From positions 119,109 through 183,108 of the forward strand of contig NW_005434586.1 in NCBI RefSeq assembly GCF_000315625.1: 64,000 nucleotides of DNA. Reading direction: 5' to 3'. Below the pieces are notes generated by a model. The model searched no databases. It was not told the DNA's origin and saw only the letters and a program-made list of their open reading frames with translations. Below are positions 1-14,330 of this stretch, piece by piece. Within the stretch, counting starts at the first letter, position 1; each line of letters begins with the position of its first letter. This DNA comes from Guillardia theta CCMP2712. Lineage: Eukaryota; Protista; Cryptophyta. The position numbers were made by a program, and so were the translations under genes.

Positions 1-1590
1 GGTTGGCGATTGCACGAAAATCATACCAAATGCTGATAACGAAATGAAACCTTCAACATATGAAGTTAAGGATAGGGAAGTGTTGGACACACCAAAGGTT
101 GTCACGGCAGAGAATCTTTCGGACTCAACGTCGGAAACTACGCTTATACCAACGCAGAAACCAGAACCCCCCCAGGTGCATGTGGGTGTCTCAGGCTCAG
201 GTAGCTTGAAGCTGACTGGATCGTTCAATCCTTCTGATTCCTTTGTCAACAGGAACTTTGGATGATAACGTAACTTCCGCTGCAAGATCCAGCAAAGAAA
301 GCAGGGACGACACTGAGAGTTCAGAAAACTCTTCAAACAAATCCACTGCTGCGACGAAAGCACCAGAAGGGACCAAGGATGATAGTCACGAGAAAAATCA
401 AGATGCAACAGGAATAGAAAAAGGTGGTGTGGATAAGTCAGTAATTCAGAAGGAAAATCATAGATTGAATCAATCGCACAATATACATGAAGGGGAATCC
501 ATTGGATTGGAGACTCGACAATCTGCCAGTAAGAATCAATCAGAGAGCATGTCAAGGCGGAGCGACAGCAATGTGGTGGAGTCCAACAAGCATGCATCAG
601 ATCGGCAGGATTCTTACGAAGGATCTCAACGACCAGCCAAGAACTCATCATTGAATCGCAATATGAAACGACGCTCGAACGATGAGCGAGGGTCTGATCC
701 CATGTTTTGCATTGCAGAACTTGACGACAAAGAGCTCTCTCCGATCAAAAACCCGGCAAGGAATTCGAACGGTTCACAGACCCATAGTAATAACAGCTCA
801 GACAAATCATCTCGCAAGAGTGAGGTACTGCTGAGCTGTTGAATGTTCGTGTTTTGTCGAAAGGTTTCTGTTTTTGCCCAAATGCATCATTATTCACTTA
901 GTTCTTTGTTTGACCGACCTTTTTAACTTGTTATCGGCAGGCTTCTTCGAAGAAAGGAAGGAAGGAGAAGCAAGAGAATTCTAGTCATGAGTCTGGGACT
1001 GTGATTCCATGGCCAGCAGTGGGAGAAGAGATAGAGATCCGCTCTGACACTAACGGACGAGCATGGTTGTTGTTGTTTTCTCACCCGTGGTTCGAGACTC
1101 ATGGATGGCACTGCCAGGTGGGATGCAGAGATCTTGGCGAAGCGAACGAGGGACAACGGCAAAGTAGAAATGCTGGTGAGATTCATCGGGTTCGAAGAGA
1201 TGGACGAATGGGTTGTGCAGGGCAGCGCAGGTAACATCCTGACTGCTAGCGCGTTGCTTGGTCACATGATACCTGCAGACATGCGGCCGAGATCGAAAGC
1301 GTTCTCAAACCAGGAGGAGTGCCAGCTAGAACGCAAAGTTGTGGCCTTGACCTCGTTCGGTCAGTGGTTTGACGGGACGATTGAGGCGATCAAGAGGAAG
1401 AGGTAAATCTGCTTGTGCGAGGCGAAGTCAGTGACGTCTCGTGCGTAGGAGCACCAACAAGATGATGTTCCAAGTGCGTTACGATGAGCCTGAGGCTTGT
1501 CTTGATAACAATGGTACCTTCTCCTCATCGCCCCCTGAGCTCATGCTGCCCCTCCAGGCAAGCCCGTCCACGTGGAGTGGCGGAGAATGA
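1..1590 (+). CDS. 3' part of a multi-exon gene: low-complexity S/N/K-rich region followed by tandem Tudor/chromo-barrel-like domains
   Basis: ORFs 44-265, 243-842 and 1101-1406 can be joined through GT-AG introns. Barrel-like segments are WDAEILAKRTRDNGKVEMLVRFIGFEEMDEWV and GQWFDGTIEAIKRKR|STNKMMFQVRYDE. The last exon ends ...WSGGE-TGA at 1590. The start lies upstream of the window. Confidence 0.6.
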
Positions 1591-1940
1591 GCAGCCTGCG
1601 GGAGCGAGGTGATGAGGGCAAGTCCCCTGCGACAGACGCTCACAAGAAGCCAGCCGCAGACCCTCCGAGCATGAGCAGCGTCAAGCCTTCCAGAGGCAAG
1701 TGATGGTCGGTCAGATGCGGAGCTGGAGGGACTGGTGGGCGGCGGCTGGCATAGCATGTAGCATTTATGTACAGGAGATGAATACTAGCAGTAAGAAGGC
1801 AATCGGTCGATCTTGCTTGGTTTGAGCGGTGGCGCTGAGTTCGCGGGCTTTATTAACAGCTCGAGCGATTGTACACGCGACATGGAGCGAAAGGAAGAAT
1901 AAGGAGAGAGCAGGAGAGGCGGCGGCGGAGCAGGTCAGTC

Positions 1941-5320
<3,380 letters not shown>

Positions 5321-5499
5321 TTTCGCACGTGCGATACCCTCTGGGTCCCTTGCACCAGTGTACGTGGACCTGGTGGGTGTTTGTGCTGATTCATACCGGT
5401 ATATATATCCTCTTTTGTTGCGTAAATGGACCGGTAGTACCACCACCCCTACCCTCTCTTGTAACAACCAATAAGATGACTGTCGGAGGCCCACTACTA

Positions 5500-5900
5500 C
5501 TTGACTTAAAACTTTGAGTAAAGAACTACAAACGTGTGACCGTCAGACAACTTGGCAACGCGTCGAGTGAGTCACTGAAGGTCAGTCGGCCCGGCGGCCC
5601 GCCCCGCAGTGGCCGCGGTCACCGTAGCCTCCGAGCCCGGAGCAACGGGGGCGTGAACTTTATTCCGAAAGTTAAGTTAAAGAGTCAGTCAAACGTCGGC
5701 GCGGCCCGCGGCGACCGTACTCGAGTCAGTATCAGGGCCACCCCGGCGGCACCCGCCCCGCCGGGCCACCCGCCGCCGGGGGGCAGCGGCCGCACTGGGC
5801 GCGCCGTGTGACGGTGCCCGGGCCGCCTGGGCGGCCGGGCCGGGCCCGGTGATCGGACCTGGGCCCGGCCAGTGAGTCCGCAGGCCCAGTGAGTCCCAGA
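5500..5900. repeat. GC-rich intergenic element related to the termini of the 61111-61601 element
   Basis: AACTTTGAGTAAAG (5510) also occurs at 61599. GTTAAGTTAAAGAGTCAGT (5671) resembles GTTAAGTTAAAAATCAGT (61111). The core is GC-rich (CCGG/GGCC) with several GAGTC motifs. Confidence 0.55.
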
Positions 5901-5970
5901 GTGAGTCCGTCCGACCGGTCCGTGAAGCGGGGATGAGGGTTGCCATCGTGTTGGGGCTCATCTCGTCGGA

Positions 5971-8350
5971 ATGAGGATGGCGATGGCGATGGCGATGGCG
6001 ATGGCGATGGCGCTGCTGCGAGGATGCGAAGAAGCTGATGGCGAAGGCACGAGCGCCATGCTTCTTCCTGGACGTCCTGGCTTGTGGAGCTCGATGGAGG
6101 GAAGTCCTGCATGCTGTCTGCAGAGACTTCGAGGAGGATACAACCCCGGGGGGCTAGTGCAGGAGCAGACGTTCAAGCTGAGTAGGATGAAGCAGAAGCT
6201 GGAGAAATTGGTGGCAGCACAACGTTGGGACGATGCATACACCCTTGCTGAGGCCTTGAAGGAGCAGAATGAGAAACTAGCTCGATGTTTGGGTGAGGAC
6301 AGTTCGCAGGTATCATCCCATCAGATTTTTGAGAAGGATCGTGAAGTCGAGAGCCAACCGTTCATCTTGTCGCGTGCAATAGAAGAAAGAGAAAATGCTG
6401 TAGCAAAGGAGGTCGCAGCACTGAACCGGAGAATTTTCTCGAAATCAGAGCGACTACTCATGAATCCAAGGAACACCATGCAGGTGACCTACCAACGATT
6501 GCAGGCCGCTGCTGGCATGCCGGATGATGACGTGAGGATAGACCCATCGATCGAGCAGGTCTTGAACTATATTTTCCTCCAGTGCACTGATGGACAGGTT
6601 GAGTTCAGGATGGAATTCAGCAAAGGCTCGACACACCTTACATCTTTGCCTACTCCAAGGAGACCAATGGCGAGAAGGAATACTTTTACATCGTGTTGAA
6701 GACCTGTCATATCCCATTGAGGAATGGAAAGATGGCAAGACTGATTCGCCTCAAGAATGACACGTTTGTCCTTGTGAAGTCGGAAGAAGATCTGTTCTAC
6801 CTTGCGTCAGCAAAGAACGTAACTCCTCGTGCGTTTCCCTCCTTCCTGTTATCGGGCTGCTGTTGATTCATGCTCCCCTCGCAGAGCTTCCTTATCACAT
6901 AGGAAAAGAGAAACCGACCAACCCCTTCAAGAAGATCGAACGGTCCTGCCCTCCTTTCTCCTCCTCCTGCAAGTCACGAGCCTGGAAAACAGGCACATTC
7001 AGCGCGACTGGCTGATGCAACAGGCGGAGGACATGTGTTGGGATGGCGAGGCAAGAGACTTGAACGAGGCCCTTCACTTGCTCAAACGTCGGGTGAGCTC
7101 AAGAAGACAATGGTACAGGTACTCGATACTCCTCACTCAGTTGGATCTCTGACGGGGAAGGATACTCGAGCAGCATCCGCAGGCCATGTCTGCCTCTGTC
7201 GCGTCTACTCTTCGTTGAGAAGATGAAGACAGCGGAGAGAGATGGGGTGAGCAGGATACATTGGATGACTATGAGTCTTGCTCTTACAATGTATCCTTCT
7301 GCAGGACTTGGATTTTCTTCTGAGCAAGGCGTGTCTGGAGGGAAACGCGACCTTGGCAGAGAAAATCCTGCAATCTGGGGCCCAAGTGAATGCGCAAATT
7401 CCTGAAAATCTCAACATGACGGCGTTGCATTGCGCGGTAAGACATGAGCTCACGTGCTCGTTCTGCACAGGCAGAGACACCAAGTGCTGACGATCTCACG
7501 TCAGGCGCAAGCCGGATGGTTGAACCTTGTGAACCTGCTTCTGAAACACGGCGCTGACGTGAACGCGACGAACTTGCACGGTCAGACAGCTCTGCACAGA
7601 TGCGCTGAGAAAGGTGGGAACTACGTGGTGGATATACCGATCGCCTTCACAGCCAACCTTCCCAAAGTGAGTGACATGAACGCTTCGGACATCTCTTTTA
7701 CCTTCGTCCCCCGCGTGGGAGGAGACTGGAGGGACCAGGGGTCCTTAGCAGTCGCTCGTCGCCTTGTTGCGAGGGGTATCGACCTTTGGGCGAGGGACAG
7801 TCTGGGAAAGACGGCAGAGATGATGGCGGACGACAGCGGACGATTTCAGACGAGGGACTACCTGCGGAGACAGATGAGAGCTGATGAGAACGGGACGCTC
7901 CCGGGTGACAGGGCGGGGTTTGCTCCTGAAGACATGACGTGGGAGAGGATGATGGGGGACGAGGAGGCAGTGCGAAAGTGGCGTGAGGGGGCGGAGGCGA
8001 GGATGAAGAGGAAGCAGGAGGAGGCACTTGCGAAGCGCGAGGCTCTCGAGTTGGCGATGGAATCCGGCGATTTCTCCAGATACCCCACAACGAAGCTGCA
8101 TCAGCAAGAATCGCAGGACTTCATTAAGGAAGTAATCGAGACCTACGAAGAGCTGGAGGCTAAAAACCTGACGCACTACCTCTTTGAAGACGTTCGGGGG
8201 TGGTTTGGAGTAGAGGTGGAAGAGGCCCTGGACAAGTACAGGTCCTCCGAGGAGGTTCAGGACGAGAATGACATCGTTGCTCTCATCAAGGACGCTGAGC
8301 GCACCCTGGCTAAACAGCAGCAGGCTTCCCGCCATGATCGCCGCCCCTGA
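5971..8350 (+). CDS. Ankyrin-repeat protein with a signal-peptide-like leader, an LRGG motif and a UVR-like coiled coil
   Basis: Ankyrin motifs GAQVNAQIPENLNMTALHCA and LLKHGADVNATNLHGQTALHRCA, plus ARDSLGKTA. UVR-like segment KLEKLVAAQRWDDAYTLAEALK. Multiple short introns. Confidence 0.75.
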
Positions 8351-9172
8351 GAAGGAGAACCTTGAACGAAGACTGCGGCATTGCTGGGCCACCTGCCGCG
8401 CCGGCATCATGTCACTGACTGATAACCTCGGACTCCAGACGATCAGACGGTCATCAGACCGCTTGCTGGGGCCGCTGCCGGGAGCGCTGAGCAGAAGCTA
8501 TCATCTAAACGGCAACTGCCGGTTCCTTCCGAAGTTCAGCTTGGAACCTCCTGGCCCGCAACTCCGAAAGAACTCGTCCAATCCTGCTAGCGGCGCCATG
8601 GCAGCTCGCTACCCGTTTGACCACTTTCTTTCTTTTACACTAATAGTAAAATCCACGACAAGAATATTACAAATGACCTTTTTTTAAGGAGGGCATAAAT
8701 TCTGAATTGTATGGGTGTACCATAATAAAATGAATAAATCTATACCAATATATATACTTACAGTAGAAAACGTGGAAGATATCAGTACAGTCGGAATCTA
8801 GACATTTGTACCAGGACACTTCGGCCCGGTGAACATATTTTGGGTTTTTAGTAGAAGTAGCAGTTTTAGATTTTACAACGGGGAATTTTAAAAGACTCAG
8901 CTCAAGTTTATTTATGCGGCGGTCCAAGGAGGAGGCGAGGGCGACGAGAGTCTTGAGCAAGAGGACAGAGAGAAAGTGATCAGAAGAGGAGAGCGTCAGT
9001 TGGAGAGAGAGAGAGCGCTAGGGAGAGCAGAAGAGGCACTGCGAGAGTGAAGAGCGCGGGATACCTAGCGATCGTGGGCGTGCAAAATTTGTAGCAGTTT
9101 ATGTACCAGAGGCGTGGAGGACGAAGAGATCCACAAGGTTGAACAGAATTGAAGGGGAAGAAGGAAGAAACC

Positions 9173-10839
9173 ATGGAGAGCAAGATGAGTGAAGAGGAGG
9201 AGAAAGTTGCGAGGAAGCCGTACTCGATCAAGGATTTTGATGAAGGAGGAAAGCCGTGCCAGGGGATGTTGTGGGACTCCTTGTACAGTTCACGCAGAGG
9301 TGACGAAGACAAGTTTCAGCAAGATGGGGAGACTTCATGCCGAGCAGATATGGACGTGGAGATTGCTGGCATGCACACACACATGGCCAAGGTGGTAGTT
9401 GCGCATAAGGCCACAGCCCCGAATCAAATTTCTCTTGATGTTGGCGAACTTGTGGAGGTGCAAACGGGGAATGGGGCATGGTCTCTCGGGTGCGTGCTCA
9501 AAGAAGACAAGAAAGTGAAGAGAGACGGATGGTTCCCCACCTTCTGCATCGCGTCACTCACTGAGAACTTGATGCGCGGGTCGCAAGGGACGCCCCTCGT
9601 CTCGGAGCAGGATCTGATATCGGCGTCGTTCACCCACTCTCAATTTCCCATGGTTTCTCCGCTGAATAGAGGCAGCGAAGGTATACTTGTGTTCTCCTTT
9701 TCCTCCCGGTCTCCTCACGAGGAACTGCAGCGTCATACTCAACACCCAAGCGAAGTGAATCCGACGATGAAAGCTTTTCCGAAGATGATTCCGCTGACGA
9801 GGACGAGGCCGTCGAGAATGTAAAGTTCAGCTATCGCTCTGCTCCCAGAGTGAATGCCTTGCAGGATTATCGTGATGACAATAAAGAGATCGCGAGGCAT
9901 GTTGAAGAAACGAGGTGAGCTCTGCTGGTAGCCTTGTATGCCTGAGCGATTTCCCGTTTCAGGTCAAAGGTTTTCGAGGATTATCCGCGCGTCGAAGAGT
10001 CGGCCTCCTTCAATGCCTCCCTTCTTGGCTCCAGTAACTCCAGCACCTCACACAAGAGCCAGAACCCTCATCCGGACAACTTTCCGAGCGAAGCTGCCCA
10101 GAAGTTCGCGGCCTTTGTCCCCGAGGAGGCGGCCTCCCTGCCCTCGAGGAGAAATTTTGATTTGGACGATCAACTGGACAAGGACTTAGAAGAGCTGATC
10201 AACCTGACAAATAGACGAGATTCAGATCTCCTTCCCCGAACACCAATCAAACAGTCCCCCCAGACCGCAACCGGAGCAGCTTCCTCCCTGCTGAAGTCTT
10301 CCAGCTTGACAGAGGCTCTCGCCAGTATTCAGTTGGAGCCGTGGTGAGTGTTTCACTGTTGACATGTTTGTCGAGATTGTTCTGTCATGATGTTGAGCAT
10401 GAAGGCTGACATGCAGTCCAGGTCGGTGAAGGGACAAAGGAATGGCGGAGGAAACGAGTCTGTGTCCAAGGACGAACTGCTCGGCCCCCTCCTTGGCAGT
10501 CAGGAATCAGCAAAGGAGACGAAACCTGAGAGCTCAGTCGACGCCCAGAAGATCTCGAAGACGCGGCACATGTCCATCTCCTACTCTGAACCGATCAAGA
10601 AGCGGAACAATGCTGTCGTTGACTCTCCTGTGCCGGTCTCGTCACTTGGCAGGATCCATCTTGGCCAGGAGGAGCTCTTCCCCAATGCAAGCTTTTCGGG
10701 CAACCACGGAGTGCGGCGTCACTCAGCGATAGATGTAGCCAACAAGACAAACTGGTCGAAGGGAAGCTTTCAAGACCCGAAAGGCCTGGTGGTCAAACAT
10801 CTCGGCGAGACTGAGTTGTACCCTGGCTTCATGATGTAG
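9173..10839 (+). CDS. SH3 domain-containing protein
   Basis: KVVVAHKATAPNQISLDVGELVEV...AWSLG...DGWFPTFCI matches the SH3 pattern. Downstream exons are low-complexity and end at TAG 10839. Confidence 0.7.
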
Positions 10840-11037
10840 AAGTTCTTTCTCTGCTCTTACATAATTCATAAAAAGTAAATAAGGAATCATGAACAAGCTT
10901 CTCCATTCAAGATTCTTCTTATACAAGTTACTCACTACTGGGTAAGAACATTCCAAAAGAATACAAAGTGCTCAGGAGAAAGCGCAAGAAAACGTCCTCT
11001 TCGCTCCCCGGCTGTCGTGCAAACTTCACATGGCATT

Positions 11038-12328
11038 CTACCAAAGTGTCTTGTTGGTCATGCCCTTCTTCCTCCAGTCCAGAAGGTCATCCTCCTCGTC
11101 CTGCTCATGGCTCAGTGGCTGAGAGGAGTCTCTACTCGCACCTCTTCGTCCTCGTCCTCCAGACTCTGCAACGTCGAATCCAGCTTCATCCTCTTGGACA
11201 CTGCAGATACAAGTTGACCCGTACGTCCTTGCACCGGTCGGACTTACCGTCTCCTTGCGATTCGATCGTGCGACGCTGCTTTAGAAGCTCTCGGGCCTTC
11301 CTGCGACCAGCTACTTCAGACGAGAATGAACTTGTCCAGCACGAGTCGTTGAAGGGCCCAGACGTACTTGAGCTCATCTATTCTCGTCGCCATTTCCTCC
11401 TGCTCCTCCTTGTCTTCCTTGTCGCGCTCCTCCACAAGCTGCTTGACCTGCACACCCACTGGCTCACCTACTTGCCTCGTGGCTGTCAAGGCGTCACCTG
11501 CTCGTCCTCTGCCTGATCCAGCGCCTCAAGATCGCCCTCAATCTCGTCCTGTTGCTTGGACTTCACCCTCTTCCCCTCATGGGCTGCAACTCAACCTGGA
11601 AGGCCGCGAACTCTTCGTCCAGGTTCACCGGCTTTGGGGGAGGCTTGTTGTGAGCTATGGCCTTGAAACAGGATCAGCGATCAGGAGGCCTGCCATGGCA
11701 GGAGTACGTCTTGAGACGCGTCATCGAAGAACCCCACGGGGAGGGAAGCTGCTTCATTCTCCTGCTCTCCGCAGTCAGTGAGGAGGAATCAGGGTTTTAG
11801 AGCTTCCGCCATTGCCAGACCTTGGTTTCCTCCTCTACGTTCTCTTCCTCGCCCCCGCTCTCTTCATCTGAGTCGCCGTACGCAAGCTGAAGGCCGACAC
11901 CTGACACGACAGTCTTGCTGGGCTCCTCTGCCTGCTTCGCTTCCACCGGAGCCTCCACTTGTTTCTTGTCGCTGTCAGAGGGGACGGTGAGCGACATTGA
12001 CGACTGGCGAGGGTCAGCACCTCGCCTTCTTGACCTCTTCCTCCTTCTTTTTCTCTGTAGCTGGTGCAAGCGATGCTGGGGCACTGGTTGGCTTGACCTT
12101 CCCGCTCGGTTCGGAGCTGAAAACACAGTCATCTTGGCAAGGGAGCAGGAGGAAGGAGGACCTTCTGGGGGGGTTCGAGGCAGACATGGAAGCTTTCAAT
12201 GCTTTGATCTGTGTGGAATGAGACAAGAAAGTTGGAGATGTCCGGTAGAATCTCTACCTGAGCGATCTTCTGCGACTGTTTGCTCTTGGCCTCTGCCATG
12301 CGAGCCTTCATAGCTGCTTTTACGTCCA
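11038..12328 (-). CDS. ZNF830/CCDC16-like spliceosome-associated protein (no zinc finger seen)
   Basis: Spliced translation gives LAYGDSDEE, SLPVGFFDD, NLDEEFAAFQ and a C-terminal DDLLDWRKKG, matching the LPEGFFDD / EWxEFQ / DWR hallmarks of ZNF830. Stop TAG at 11038-11040. Confidence 0.65.
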
Positions 12329-12913
12329 TCTTCAACACAGCCAATGTCAGTGACGAACAGGTTGCGGCTCATTTCTTATTTAGGACAAACTCGAATATTT
12401 GGTAGCAATTTCGTTCCCTCCTACAGTCATAATCCTTCGACTGGCATTCCTTCTCATTTCCCATCACCTCCTTACTCTTCTGATCTGTTCTTTTTGCTTC
12501 CCTTCGCTGCTGTTCTCCTCCCTTCTCCCCTTCTCTTTGCTCCCATGTTCTCTGTACTCTCTCCACTTGTCTTCTACCCTCGTCATCTATCCTTACCACA
12601 TCTTTCTCCTCATCTCTCCTCCTCCTCCTCACCCAATCTTCGCTATTTCCCTCCTTCAAGGGCCCTCTCCGGCTTCCCTCCATTTTTCTCGATTTTCTTG
12701 GCCACAGCCCCCCTCAGACCCAATCAACTTACCACCCCTCCAAATGACTCTTGTATCACCCCACCTCCGGTGGAATCCAACTCATGCGGATAGTACCCCT
12801 GCCTTTTTCTGGTTCAACCCGCAGTCAAAGTACCCCTCCTGTCCGACGGCAACCCTCATCCCCTCACTTACACTTACAGTCGTTCAACGGAAAGTGGCAA
12901 GACCCCAAGACTG

Positions 12914-14241
12914 ATGGCGACTTATGACGAAGACTTCGAGGAGGAGGCGGAGGAGGAGGAGGAGGAGGAGGAGGAGGAGGGGAGAGGAGAAGCGAAGGGA
13001 GAGCTTGGGAGGGACATGATAACGGGAGACGAACAGCTCAAGAAGAAAGCACGCGAACCTCACGACGCTCCCCGGAACCGCGCCCTGAGAGATTCGTCAG
13101 AGTTGGTTGTCAAAAGCACAGTGGCGGGGAGAGGAGGGAAGAGGAGAAGTTACCACGAGGCAGACAGCAGCATGGATGTCAGTCTCAAGCATGACCTCTC
13201 TGTCAGCTCTGTGGAAGAGGAGAGGACACGCAACGATGCCGCCGACTTGCTCAAAGAGCCATACTGGTCACAGGGGCTGAAACAGCGCAAAGACAGCGCC
13301 ATGCTGATTCAGCGAGTCTTCAGAGGACACGTGTCGAGAAGGGTGTGGGGGGAAGTGAGGGAGACGATCAGGAGGGACAGGCGAGTGTATGAGGAGCAGC
13401 AGCAAGGGAGACCATGGTTGCTCTACTTCCCAGCTACCAGCAAGAGAGATCGAGAGTGGGCAAGAGGAGCGAGACGAAATCACTTGATAGTTCCGATCGG
13501 AACTGTCGACCCTGTCAAACATTTCAAGTCTGTCAGCGATATCAAGGTTGTCGCTTCCCGCCCCCCCTTCCTCCTCCTCCTCCTCCTCCTCCTCCCCTCC
13601 CTTCCCACGTTCTCCTGTTGATTTATCCATCTCCTTCTCGTTCACATTTGCTCTGCTCTGCTCTGCTCTGCTCTGCTCTGCTCTCATCTCATCTTCACCA
13701 TCAGGAATGGTGGCTTCACGTTCCCATCAAGAGGAGGAGCTTGTTCGACATCTCCCGCGTGTCGCTGCTTCCTCGCTACGACGAGAAGCCAATGGATCTT
13801 ATCAACGACTCTAACATCGGACCTGGCACCTACTCCCCTGCTGCTGAGCTGGTGAACAGCCCCACCATCTGCTGCTGCTGCTGCTCCTCCTCCTCCTCCT
13901 CCTCTCCTCCTCTGTTGCTGCTGCTCCACTACCACCATCGCCTCCTCTCCTCCTCCTCCTCCTCCTCCTCCTCCTCCTGTTGCTGGGGCTCCTGCTTCAC
14001 TACCTCCATGGTCTATGCCTCCTGTTCCTCCTCTGACAGCTCTCCTGCCAGATCACCCCGCGGGTCAAGGGTGGAGTTTTCTTCAAGGCCAATCGCTTCG
14101 ATGGAGGGTCTCTGCCGGACTTGCCAAGGAAGCAGCTCCAATTCTCGCGCAGAGAGGAGGAGGGAGGGAGTGCAAAGAAAGAGCTTCTACCTGCTGCAGC
14201 TGCAGCAGCTGCAGCAGCTACTGAACTCAGTTCGTCTCCGG

Positions 14242-14330
<89 letters not shown>

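Noticed and set aside
5939-5948. RFX X-box (GTTGCCAT) interpretation of the upstream motif
   Set aside because: Only a half-site is present, without the palindromic partner.
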